Shown in pieces: positions 8,970 to 17,783 of a DNA stretch of 64,000 nt. The stretch is taken from positions 5,859-69,858 of the forward strand of contig CALEJU010000036.1 in NCBI GenBank assembly GCA_937898755.1. The letters are read 5' to 3'. The first letter of the stretch is position 1. Each line of letters opens with the position of its first letter. The DNA is from an uncultured Acidobacteriota bacterium (GTDB lineage Bacteria; Acidobacteriota; Terriglobia; Terriglobales; SCQP01). The position numbers and the translations under genes were made by a program. The notes beneath the pieces were generated by a model. The model was not told where the DNA came from and searched no databases. It saw only the letters and a program-made list of their open reading frames with translations.

Positions 8970-9965
8970 TCAGCGAGGCCGCTTCGTCATCGGGCGCTGC
9001 CGTAAAAGCCGTTCCGCGTCTTTGGACCCGGCGTGCGCGCGGCGACGAAATAAAGTGTAGGTATTGACCCGCGACAGCGACGCGCCGGGCTGCAACGTTG
9101 CCAGCGGGCCCAGCGTTTCCAGCTCAACGTATTGCAAAGGATCGGGACTGGTATAGACCTCGACGCTGCTGTTGCCATCCGGGTATGTGGCAGCGGGCTC
9201 CAGGGGAGAATCAATCCGCAGGGCGATGTCGCCCTTGATCCAGAGCAGGCTTGAGGTCCGAGCGCCGATTTTAACACTGTGATCTGGATTGCGTTCCAGC
9301 GAAATCCAGCCCGCGTTGCGCTCAGTGGTCGCCGGTGCCGTTTCAAGGTCGTGGTAGCCCTCTGGAGCGCTGAAAAAGATCTTCTCGGGCGAACACAGTT
9401 GTGTGACCACCCAGATCGCAACCTGCTGAACCGGACCCGAGACGTTTTCGAAGGTGGTCCGAATGGTCATCCGGGCAAGGCGCGGATCGAGCCGAATGAT
9501 GCGGCGCACGCGAATGCCATAGTGCGGGTCCACGGCGGAGAGCAACTCAATCGTGGAGCCTCGACGGCGCCAGCTTGCCGGAAGGGCATCGAAGCCCGCC
9601 GGCGGGGGCCATGCCCGGCCGGTGACTAGCGGCCATGCCGATTGTGGCGCGGGCCAGCTTTTGTCGCCCCCGAAGTTCGCCCACTCGGTCGCCTCCGGAT
9701 CGGCGGTCGGACTCGCGCGCCGGGGGTTCTCCCAGAAGGTGTCCTGTCCGCCCCGGCGCCGGAACTGCATTACGCGTCCAATCGCCGGGACAATGACGAC
9801 TTCGGCGCGCGCATTGCGCAGCCGCACGCAGTTCTTCCAGCCGTGGTATTGAATGCGTTCAAAATGTATTGCGGGCGCCGCCAAAAGGGAAGGGGCAACA
9901 CTTTGCATAAGCAGAAGAACTGGAAGCAGACGGGATTGCAGACGGGTTCGCATCAGCCTTAGCAT
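8970..9965 (-). CDS. secreted hypothetical protein (possibly DUF4380 / mutarotase-like beta-sandwich; family assignment tentative)
   Basis: 331 aa with a signal-peptide-like N-terminus (RLLPVLLLMQSVAPSLLAAPA). The pattern VRLRNARAEVVIVPAIGRVMQF resembles DUF4380-type proteins from memory only. No catalytic motif was recognised. Confidence 0.5.
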   Translation of the reverse strand: MLRLMRTRLQSRLLPVLLLMQSVAPSLLAAPAIHFERIQYHGWKNCVRLRNARAEVVIVPAIGRVMQFRRRGGQDTFWENPRRASPTADPEATEWANFGGDKSWPAPQSAWPLVTGRAWPPPAGFDALPASWRRRGSTIELLSAVDPHYGIRVRRIIRLDPRLARMTIRTTFENVSGPVQQVAIWVVTQLCSPEKIFFSAPEGYHDLETAPATTERNAGWISLERNPDHSVKIGARTSSLLWIKGDIALRIDSPLEPAATYPDGNSSVEVYTSPDPLQYVELETLGPLATLQPGASLSRVNTYTLFRRRAHAGSKDAERLLRQRPMTKRPR

Positions 9966-9991
9966 GCTGCCCCATTATGCCCGGCCACAGC

Positions 9992-10525
9992 TCATTGGGA
10001 AGTGTCGCTCGCCGCGAGCGGTGGCCCGTTGATTGACCGACGCAAACGCTCGCCGTTCTTCGCCGCGGCCGCAACGCGGCGCATGACCGCATCTTGGGCG
10101 ACCTGCGGGCATACCAGGAAGCGCTCGCATATCCAGTTAAAGCTGAAGCGTTCAAGGCTGGGACTGAAGAACCAGCAAAGGGCCTGGCGCGCAACCAGGG
10201 AGGGGACGCCGGCGATGCGCTCCGTGGCATCCTCCAACGCCTGCTCAACGATGGCGGTCAGAAGAGCAAACTCCGCCTGACAAGCCGATTCGGGAAGTCC
10301 CGCAGCGGTGACGTCGGGCGATGAGGCGCAGATGTCCAGTGTCGCGAACAAAACAGGGGTTTCCATGGTGCCTGCTCCAAAAACAAGAATTGCGATCAGG
10401 GCACCGAGAGGGAAGGGCTGGGAGTGTCGTCGCACACGTCGGCTCTCAAAGGCGACGAGGCGCGCCCGAGAATACCGCCGGGCGACGGATGACGCGCGCG
10501 GTGCGTCCGAACGGTCCATCTGCAC
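9992..10525 (-). CDS. hypothetical protein (basic N-terminus plus one hydrophobic segment)
   Basis: 177-aa ORF, co-directional with its neighbours. The hydrophobic stretch is PFPLGALIAILVFGAG. No family was recognised. The start is uncertain; an internal ATG at 10366 is possible. Confidence 0.4.
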   Translation of the reverse strand: MQMDRSDAPRASSVARRYSRARLVAFESRRVRRHSQPFPLGALIAILVFGAGTMETPVLFATLDICASSPDVTAAGLPESACQAEFALLTAIVEQALEDATERIAGVPSLVARQALCWFFSPSLERFSFNWICERFLVCPQVAQDAVMRRVAAAAKNGERLRRSINGPPLAASDTSQ

Positions 10526-10708
10526 CGGTTGTAGCAGCGCGCGCGGCGCCAGGTCAACCTACTTTTCTGTTACGGCATTGTTGCGAAACAATGACGCCAT
10601 CGCTGGGCGGAAGCAGGCATCGATTTCGTCCTCTTCGACCAGCCCTTGGCACTTGCGCCAGAACGGTCGCAACTTCCGACTGCGCCATGGGTCCGTCGTC
10701 CGCGCGTG

Positions 10709-11530
10709 TCATTCGATGGGAACCGGGTCAATGTAATAACCCTTCTCGTCGAGTCGCAGCAGCACGCGACTCAGAGCGTATCCGGCAGCCAGCTCCTTGC
10801 GCAGAATCGGTTGCAAGGTCTGGCGGAAGTCTATGTCGTCCGCCGAGAACGCCACGAGAAAATTTCGGTTGGGGATGGCCACCACCATCTCCGTGGCGTT
10901 GAGAACTTCGACGGCGCGCTCATAGAACTCGGGGAGCAGAACAAAGGCCGCCTTGTGCGCGTGGTTGACCTCGACATGGAAGGCACGAATATTGTCCTGC
11001 ACGGTCCAAGCGACAATCGAGGCGCCGTCCCAGAGTCGCAGTAGGTTGTCGTGCGCGGAAGCGAGGACACACTCCTCGGGCGTTCCCCACAACTGCAGGT
11101 GATCGGCGTTCAGAGAGACGTCGTATTCATCGCAAGCAAGCACGTAGCCCAAATCGCCGGCGAGGTGATAGTAGAGAGGCGTGCCATTCAGCCGTCGGTG
11201 CACCTCGTGCGTCAAAAGCTTCGGGAAGACCATGCGCCGTGCCGTGTCCCAGTCCGATGGAAGGCGGTGTTCGACCGTCCCCACCACGCGTGTCAGGTAT
11301 CCGTCGAGGTCAAACCGTTCCCCGTTCTGGCAAAAGGCCGCCCAAGCGCGCGCCAAACGCAGGCGATGCGCGGTAGGACGGCCAGAGGGCGTACGTAGGA
11401 TGGCGATTTCCAACTGCCCCGCCTTCAGGAAGCGGGCGCGGGGATAGAGCAACTGCAAGCGGCGAAGTGCAACGATCTCAAATTCTTCGCGCGTCATGAG
11501 GCTGTCTGAATGATACACAAGACGCGCCAC
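10709..11530 (-). CDS. hypothetical protein (possibly DUF1444/YtpQ-like; tentative)
   Basis: 273-aa ORF that fills the gap between flanking minus-strand genes. Size and overall composition resemble DUF1444 proteins. No motif-level support. Confidence 0.5.
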   Translation of the reverse strand: MARLVYHSDSLMTREEFEIVALRRLQLLYPRARFLKAGQLEIAILRTPSGRPTAHRLRLARAWAAFCQNGERFDLDGYLTRVVGTVEHRLPSDWDTARRMVFPKLLTHEVHRRLNGTPLYYHLAGDLGYVLACDEYDVSLNADHLQLWGTPEECVLASAHDNLLRLWDGASIVAWTVQDNIRAFHVEVNHAHKAAFVLLPEFYERAVEVLNATEMVVAIPNRNFLVAFSADDIDFRQTLQPILRKELAAGYALSRVLLRLDEKGYYIDPVPIE

Positions 11531-11551
11531 CCACCGCCAGCCGCTGGTGGT

Positions 11552-13408
11552 TCAGAAACGAGTGCGCGGCCCAGCCCCGTTCCCGAGCTGCAGGTCGGGG
11601 TTCAGGGCGTGCGCTTGAGCAAGCTGTTGCCGAGCGGTTACGTCATCGCCCAGGCCATGAAATGCAGCAGCCGCGTAGAGGTGAGCGGCGGCATTGCCGG
11701 GCTCGCGCCCCAGAATACGCGTAAGCACGGTCGCTGCGCGCTGGAACTGCTGCAAGGCAAGGTAGGATCGAGCAACGGTGAGGGCGACCGGCACGGAGAC
11801 CGGAATGGGGAGGCGATGCGCTTCGGGGATGACCAAGGCTGCTTGTCCACTCGCCAACTGCGCCTCCGCCAAGTCCAGATAGACGGGCTCGGTGGGTTCC
11901 AGGTCGAAGGCGCGCAAATTGTACGTTGCTGCTTCCGCCATTCGGCCTTGGTGAAACATAATGCCGGCCATTCCCCACCACGCATGCGCGAAATTGGGAT
12001 AGATGGCGACGGCGCGCTGGTACTCCCTGAGTGCTTCGTCCGGCTGATTCTCAAGGTTCAGCTCATAAGCGAGCGACAAATGCGTGTTGGCGGAGTTCGG
12101 GGACCGCGCCACTGCCATGCGCATCAAATGAGCATCGTCCCGCCAGTACCGACTCTCGTGCATGTCGGTCAGGACGTAGGCCGCAAATAACAGACCCACA
12201 ACCATCATCCACGCTGTCGAGGGGCATGTCCGCGACTTCATGGGTCGGAGGGAACTGACCAGTCCGCCCAGCAGCCACGCTACACCAACGGCTGGCAGGT
12301 AGAGGAGACGGCTTGCCCGAATCGTGCCGATGGGGATCAGCCAGTTCGACACCGGCAAGTACGCCAGCAGCGCAAACCCAGCTCCCAGAAGCACGGCGGG
12401 CCGACGTCGTCCAAGGAAGGCAGCGGCCCCGAGTGCAACCAGCGTAGCAAGGGCGATCCAGAAACGACCCGAGTGCCAGGTGTAGATCAGGGGAATCTGG
12501 TTCAGCGAGTAATCCGGGGACAGATGGACCGGCCAGATCAGCGCGAGCACTTGCTGCAAAGCCACCCAGGTCGCAGTCCGTATCCGAGTGGGCCATGCCA
12601 CGTATGCCAAAGGCGCCGACACCACACCGGGGAGGGGCAGACGCCATGTGAACAAGCGAACCCGGATGACGACGTAGACCAGGGTCGCTGCCACGATACC
12701 CCACCAGGCAGGAGTGGTCAGAACGCGCCTCCAACCCGGAGCTGCCATGGAGGACGAGTCGGTCGGCGACGGCAAACGCAGCCAGATCCAAAGTGCAGCA
12801 AAGGCCGCGACGGGAAGCGCACTCTCCTTGGAGACCAGAGCTAGAAAAGCGAAACCGGTTGCGGCTGCCGTCCAGAGCCCCCAGTGTGCGGAGTGAGGCG
12901 TGTCAGGCAACGAGCGGTCCACGGCCCATAGCGAGAGAAGAACGCCCAGCGCGGCTAAAAGGTCGGAGCGGCCCACAAGTCCAACCACGACCTCGACCTG
13001 GGTGGGCAGCAGCGCAAACCACAACGCAGCGAATGCCGCGGCCAACTCCGGGAGGACGCGGCGTCCGAGACAAAAGATTAACCACGCCACGCCGAAGTGC
13101 AGGAGCAGATCCAACGCGTGCATCCAGCCGGCATGGTCGGGAAACAACGCCCACTGCGCCGCAAATGTGAGCAGGGTCAGAGGGCGATACAGCCCGGAGG
13201 CGTCGTATGGGAACCAGTAGTCCTGCCGTATCAACTGACGCCAACTCGCCAAGGAATGCACGGCGGGATTGCGCTGCACGATCAGGACGTCGTCAAATGT
13301 ATACCGTGATTGAAATGCTGGCCAAAAGGCGACCAGCACCAGCAGCAGCAAGGCCCAGGGAACCAAGGTGCGAACTGAACGCATTGGGGCAGTGTACCGA
13401 ACCGTCAT
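11552..13408 (-). CDS. TMTC-like polytopic membrane protein with C-terminal TPR repeats (DUF1736 / GT-C-like)
   Basis: About 10 hydrophobic segments are followed by TPR-like repeats (AYELNLENQPDEALREYQRAVAIYPNFAHAWWGMAGI..., ...ALQQFQRAATVLTRILGREPGNAAAHLY). The N-terminal motif YTFDDVLIVQRNPAV is typical of this family. The track start at 13582 overlaps cimA, so I trimmed to the ATG at 13408; 13384 is also possible. Confidence 0.7.
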   Translation of the reverse strand: MTVRYTAPMRSVRTLVPWALLLLVLVAFWPAFQSRYTFDDVLIVQRNPAVHSLASWRQLIRQDYWFPYDASGLYRPLTLLTFAAQWALFPDHAGWMHALDLLLHFGVAWLIFCLGRRVLPELAAAFAALWFALLPTQVEVVVGLVGRSDLLAALGVLLSLWAVDRSLPDTPHSAHWGLWTAAATGFAFLALVSKESALPVAAFAALWIWLRLPSPTDSSSMAAPGWRRVLTTPAWWGIVAATLVYVVIRVRLFTWRLPLPGVVSAPLAYVAWPTRIRTATWVALQQVLALIWPVHLSPDYSLNQIPLIYTWHSGRFWIALATLVALGAAAFLGRRRPAVLLGAGFALLAYLPVSNWLIPIGTIRASRLLYLPAVGVAWLLGGLVSSLRPMKSRTCPSTAWMMVVGLLFAAYVLTDMHESRYWRDDAHLMRMAVARSPNSANTHLSLAYELNLENQPDEALREYQRAVAIYPNFAHAWWGMAGIMFHQGRMAEAATYNLRAFDLEPTEPVYLDLAEAQLASGQAALVIPEAHRLPIPVSVPVALTVARSYLALQQFQRAATVLTRILGREPGNAAAHLYAAAAFHGLGDDVTARQQLAQAHALNPDLQLGNGAGPRTRF

Positions 13409-13550
13409 CAACACCGGTTTGAGGGGGGCGGTTGGTCCCGAAGGTGACTCGTGCGGCGGATCCAATCGGGTCGCCGAGGGGTGGGGAGCCGCAGCGCATC
13501 CCGGCTTTGGGCTGGACTTGTGTCGGAATTTAAGGTTACCGGGCGAGACC

Positions 13551-15224
13551 TCATTCTGCTGCTTTGGACTCTTCCGCGCCAACCGCCTCGGCCACCGCCT
13601 TGGGTGTATGCAGGACGAAGATGGCGTATTGCATGGCTTCGGTGAGAGCTTCCCAACTGGCCTCCAAGATGTTGTCGGAGACGCCGACGGTCGTCCAGGA
13701 GCGGGTACCGTTGGAGCTCTCGACCAGCACTCGCACTTGCGCCTTGGTGCCGCGAGTTCCTTCGAGGATTCGCACTTTGTAGTCGGTCAGAACCACGCCG
13801 CCAACTTCCGGATAGCAGCCCGACAACGCACGCCGCAGGGCGGCGTCCAGGGCCGCTACCGGCCCCCGGTCGGAAGCCGTGGCGACTACGGTCTGGCCAA
13901 GACGATTCAAGGTAACCTGAGCCTCCGAGCGCGCTTCTGAGGTGCTCTCGGATGTGCCAGAATCCACGCCACCGTCAGCGATGAACCGCGTTTGGACGGT
14001 GAAGGCAACGGGGACAAAGGCCGTCTCCAGCTGTCCCAGAGAGCGTCGCAAGAGCAGTTCGAGCGAGGCCTCAGCCGCTTCCAACTCGTAGCCGCGGTGT
14101 TCCATCGCTTTGATCTGGCCGGTAAGCGCCCGCAAGGTCTGGGCATCGAACGCCTCGGCGACACCCCACGCCTGAGCCTTGTGCAACAGATTGCTTTTCC
14201 CGGCGAGATCGGAGACCAAGACGCGACGTTCGTTACCAACCGATTCGGGCGGAACGTGTTCGTAGGTGGTGGGGTCGCGCAGCACGGCGCTGACGTGGAT
14301 GCCGCCCTTGTGCGCGAAGGCGCTTTTCCCCACGAAGGCGAGCCGCTGGTTTTGGGGAAGGTTGGCGAGCTCGGCAATGCGACGCGCCGTCGGCGTCAGT
14401 TGCCGCAGCCGTTGCGTCCCCACCGTGCGATGGCCCAGCTTTAACTCAAGCAACGGAACGATGGCACAGAGGTTGGCGTTGCCGCAACGCTCGCCCCAAC
14501 CGTTGAAGGTGCCCTGAACGTGGTCGGCACCCGCCGCCACCGCGGCAAGGCTGTTGGCCGTGGCGAGGTTACTGTCGTCGTGCGCATGAATTCCAAGCGG
14601 CAACATGACCCTGGCATGGACCGCGGTGACCGCCGCGGTAATCTGGCCCGGCAAGCTGCCGCCGTTGGTGTCGCACAATACGAGGCGCGTGGCGCCACCA
14701 CGCGTGGCGGCCTGAAGCACCTCGACGGCGTAGGCCGGGTTGTCACGGTAGCCGTCAAAGAAATGTTCCGCGTCAAAAATCACCGTTCGTCCGGCTCGCA
14801 CCAGGAAAGCCACGGAGTCTTCGATGAGGCGAAGGTTCCGTGCTCCGTCAATGCTGAGGGCACGCTCGACGTGCAGCATCCAGCTTTTGCCGAAAATGGT
14901 GACGATTTCCGTCTCGGCGTCAAGTAAGGCCTTGAGGTTGGCATCCTGTCCGATGGCCGTCTCAGGATGAGCGGTGCTCCCAAAAGCGGCTAAGCGGGCA
15001 TGATGGAGTTGATGGCCGCCGGCCCGCTGGAAGAACTCGCTATCCCGCGGATTGGCTCCCGGCCAGCCCCCCTCAATGAAATCTACTCCGAGGTCGTCGA
15101 GCAGCGTCATGACCTGGAGTTTTTCGCTGACGGTGAATGCCACCATCTCGCCCTGCGTTCCGTCGCGCAACGTCGTGTCGTAGATCTCAACTTTGGAATG
15201 TGAGCCGGGTCCTGTAGTCGCCAT
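13551..15224 (-). CDS. cimA: citramalate synthase-type enzyme (LeuA-related, long form)
   Basis: Contains VEIYDTTLRDGTQGE and LGIHAHDDSNLATANSLAAV (HxH metal site). At 557 aa with a C-terminal regulatory domain it fits the CimA/LeuA-related family. A GAGGA SD lies about 6-10 nt upstream of the ATG. Confidence 0.8.
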   Translation of the reverse strand: MATTGPGSHSKVEIYDTTLRDGTQGEMVAFTVSEKLQVMTLLDDLGVDFIEGGWPGANPRDSEFFQRAGGHQLHHARLAAFGSTAHPETAIGQDANLKALLDAETEIVTIFGKSWMLHVERALSIDGARNLRLIEDSVAFLVRAGRTVIFDAEHFFDGYRDNPAYAVEVLQAATRGGATRLVLCDTNGGSLPGQITAAVTAVHARVMLPLGIHAHDDSNLATANSLAAVAAGADHVQGTFNGWGERCGNANLCAIVPLLELKLGHRTVGTQRLRQLTPTARRIAELANLPQNQRLAFVGKSAFAHKGGIHVSAVLRDPTTYEHVPPESVGNERRVLVSDLAGKSNLLHKAQAWGVAEAFDAQTLRALTGQIKAMEHRGYELEAAEASLELLLRRSLGQLETAFVPVAFTVQTRFIADGGVDSGTSESTSEARSEAQVTLNRLGQTVVATASDRGPVAALDAALRRALSGCYPEVGGVVLTDYKVRILEGTRGTKAQVRVLVESSNGTRSWTTVGVSDNILEASWEALTEAMQYAIFVLHTPKAVAEAVGAEESKAAE

Positions 15225-15304
15225 GGTTCGTCCTCAAATAATCAATCGTGGGCTGCTCAGGCGCAGACCGGGAACTGCTCTTGAAATGGGGTAGTCGAAA
15301 CTAT

Positions 15305-15328
15305 CCGCTGACCGCGATTGGTCAGCGG
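15305..15328 (-). promoter_or_regulatory. GC-rich hairpin (9-bp stem CCGCTGACC/GGTCAGCGG, 6-nt loop) in the cimA 5' region; attenuator-like
   Basis: Read directly. On the cimA-sense strand the hairpin is followed by AUAGUUUC. It sits 81 nt upstream of the cimA ATG. The stop codon of a small upstream ORF (15322..15384) lies inside its 5' arm. Confidence 0.3.
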
Positions 15329-15622
15329 CCGCTAATGAGGAGGGCGGCGAAGGACGGGCAGGGGGTTGGAGGAACCAGACCCATGCCGCGAGGATACCAC
15401 AAAGCCGCGAAACAGGCCGGTGCAAGCCAGCATCCGTCGAAGCCTGCAAGGACGTTGATGTGCCATTCCAGAGTCAGACGCCTACCCTCGTGGGGTGGGC
15501 TGCCCATTCACACGGCGGAATGGGCGGGATTAGCGGCGGCTAGAACGGAAGAAGGTCGCGGATCTCGCAACCAACCATTGGCACAGACAACGTGCCAAGA
15601 ACTGAAGTGACTCTCACCTCCA

Positions 15623-16975
15623 ATGCTGCGGCCAGTCGCCACGTTCCTGCTGCTTGTTGGCTCATCGGCGTGTCAGGGGCTGGGCCTCGCACCGAGTATC
15701 CCGAATGGTCAAGGCGTCAACATTCATTTCACGACCCCCCAGCCCGGCGAAATGGAAATGTTGGCGGCGGCCGGCTTTCACTGGGTGCGGACCGACCTCT
15801 CGTGGCGCACGACCGAGCCTCTGCGCGAGATCTACGATTTCAGCCATTACGATGTGCTGTGGTCGGCACTGACGACTCACGGGCTGCACGCCATCTTCAC
15901 CTTGGATTACGGCAACCCGCTGTACGACGGCGGCAGGGCGCCTTATACAGTCGCAGGGCGCGCAGCCTTTGCAGCTTGGGCCCGCGCGGCCGTGGCCCAT
16001 TTCCGTGGTCAACCCATTCTCTGGGAGTTGTACAACGAGCCCAATAGTCGGATGTGGAAACCGGCGCCTAGTGTGGCCGACTACATCCTTTTGGCGCAGG
16101 CGGTTGGGGCGGCAGTCCACCAAGCCGATCCTCAGGCCATGCTGATAGGTCCGGCGACATCGGGGTTCGACTTCGTATTTCTCAGCGCCTGTCTCCAAGC
16201 CGGCCTGCTCCGGGAGTGGGCTGCCGTGAGCGTGCATCCGTACCGGTCCACTGGTCCCGAGACGACAGCGGACGATTTCGTTCGGCTGCGCGCGCTGATT
16301 GCTCACTTTGAAGAACCCGGCCATCAGGTGCCAATTATTTCCGGCGAATGGGGCTACTCGTCAGGCAACGTCGGAGTGGATGACCAACAGCAGGGCAAAC
16401 TGCTGGCACGGCAGGGGCTAAGCAATCTCCTGAACGGAATTTCGCTTTCGATCTGGTACGACTGGCGGGACGACGGGCCACCGACTTCAACCGCCGTTCA
16501 AGCGCATTATGGGACGGTCCTGCAGCCCTACATGGCAGGGTCCAATCCTGTATTTACGCCCAAACCAGCCTTCCATGCAGCCCAGAGTTTGACTTCGGCG
16601 CTGGCTGGGTTCCAGTTCTCCCAGCGCCTGCAGACTGCGTCGGCGGACGATTACATCCTGGCGTTTCAGCGCGGGCCGGAGACGCGCTACGCTGCTTGGA
16701 CCACCGGCCCCCCACACGTCGTGAACCTTCCGTCCCTCGTCGGAAGCTACCTTGCGACCAGTTTCGACGGCAGCGCGATTTCGTTGGTGGCGACAACGGG
16801 TCAGGGCATCACACTGGAACTAAGCGATGCACCTCTGTACGTCTCTCCTGCGCACGCCAGTGTGGCCGGAAAAAGCGCGCCGAGTCGTGTCGGCGGTTCC
16901 GGATGGATGGCGCGACACCACGGTGCAAATTGGCGCATGCTGGCCAGATGGCGAGTTCCCGGTTACAAGCGGTGA
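15623..16975 (+). CDS. secreted glycoside hydrolase, clan GH-A TIM barrel (GH5/GH39-like)
   Basis: Signal-peptide-like N-terminus (LLLVGSSACQG). ILWELYNEPN carries the acid/base Glu in an NEP motif, and IISGEWGYSS is a nucleophile Glu context. Confidence 0.7.
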   Translation: MLRPVATFLLLVGSSACQGLGLAPSIPNGQGVNIHFTTPQPGEMEMLAAAGFHWVRTDLSWRTTEPLREIYDFSHYDVLWSALTTHGLHAIFTLDYGNPLYDGGRAPYTVAGRAAFAAWARAAVAHFRGQPILWELYNEPNSRMWKPAPSVADYILLAQAVGAAVHQADPQAMLIGPATSGFDFVFLSACLQAGLLREWAAVSVHPYRSTGPETTADDFVRLRALIAHFEEPGHQVPIISGEWGYSSGNVGVDDQQQGKLLARQGLSNLLNGISLSIWYDWRDDGPPTSTAVQAHYGTVLQPYMAGSNPVFTPKPAFHAAQSLTSALAGFQFSQRLQTASADDYILAFQRGPETRYAAWTTGPPHVVNLPSLVGSYLATSFDGSAISLVATTGQGITLELSDAPLYVSPAHASVAGKSAPSRVGGSGWMARHHGANWRMLARWRVPGYKR

Positions 16976-17637
16976 TCTTCGACATGGATGGGGTGCTGAT
17001 CGACAATAGCGCCTACTACGCGTCCGCCTGGGAGCAGTTTCTTGGCGAACACCGTGGCCTGATACAGCCGGACTACCCAGCTCGGCAAACCTTCGGTCGA
17101 CGGAACTCCGATCTGTTTCCCGAGGTCTTCGGACGCGCCATTCCAGAAGCCGAGTTGCGCTCTCTTGGGAACCGTTTAGAAGCCATTTATTTGGAACGCT
17201 TTTTGCCCGTGATGGCACCCATGCCAGGGCTGCTGCCTCTGTTGGATCGTCTGCTACGCGCGGGAACCCCTATGGCCGTTGCCAGCTCCGCTCCGGAAGG
17301 CAATGTGCGGCTGGTCATGGAACGGCTGGGGCTGGGACGCTACTTCAAGACGACCCTATGCGAACTGGATGTCACTCGCGGGAAGCCCGATCCACAGATC
17401 TATCAACGGGCCGCTGCGCGGCTGGATTGTGCCCCCGAGGTGTGCCTGGTGTTCGAGGACGCTCTGGTAGGTATTGCCGCCGCTCGCGCTGCGGGCATGG
17501 CATGTATCGCGCTGGCAAGTACCTATCCGGAATCGGCCCTTAAGGAGGCAGGCGCCGAATTTGTCATCCGCGATTTTGAGGACGCGCGCGTGGTGGAAGT
17601 ACTGGGTCGTTTTAGCGCCGTCACCGCCGGACAGTGA
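16948..17637 (+). CDS. HAD-superfamily hydrolase (beta-phosphoglucomutase-like subfamily IA)
   Basis: Contains AVIFDMDGVLIDN (DxDG motif I), a mid-protein VASSAP motif-II-like segment (Ser in place of the usual Thr), and GKPDPQIY...VFEDALVGIAAARAAGM (motifs III/IV). Trimmed to the ATG at 16948, which overlaps the glycosidase 3' end by 28 nt. A GTG at 16972 would give a GTGA overlap. Confidence 0.8.
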   Translation: MASSRLQAVIFDMDGVLIDNSAYYASAWEQFLGEHRGLIQPDYPARQTFGRRNSDLFPEVFGRAIPEAELRSLGNRLEAIYLERFLPVMAPMPGLLPLLDRLLRAGTPMAVASSAPEGNVRLVMERLGLGRYFKTTLCELDVTRGKPDPQIYQRAAARLDCAPEVCLVFEDALVGIAAARAAGMACIALASTYPESALKEAGAEFVIRDFEDARVVEVLGRFSAVTAGQ

Positions 17638-17783
17638 TCGCCATCTCGCGTGCCGGAGAAACGAGTTGGCCCTTCATCGGTAGGGTGGGAAGAAGAACGC
17701 ACGGCTGTTGTCGAAGCGGTGGGTCTTTGCCGAGCCAGAGTCCGATAACAGATATTATGTCAACTTCTGTTATGTCAGCTCAA

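Noticed and set aside
15578-15598. Sigma-54 promoter (TGGCAC) upstream of the glycosidase, possibly served by the NtrC-type regulator in the window
   Set aside because: The GG and GC elements are not at the required spacing: TGGCAC-N5 is followed by ACGT rather than TTGC. A second TGGCAC at about 10640 is followed immediately by TTGCG, which is also the wrong spacing, and it lies in a non-promoter context.
15225-15622. Could the 398-bp intergenic region encode RNase P RNA, tmRNA, SRP RNA or 6S RNA?
   Set aside because: I looked for the hallmark strings on both strands and found none. These were GAGGAAAGUCC for RNase P, the GGGGCUGA 5' end and GGUUCGAAUCC...CCACCA 3' end for tmRNA, and GGAAGGAAGCAGCC for SRP. 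A covariance-model scan would be needed to exclude other families. The 120-aa and 71-aa ORFs here look like noise.
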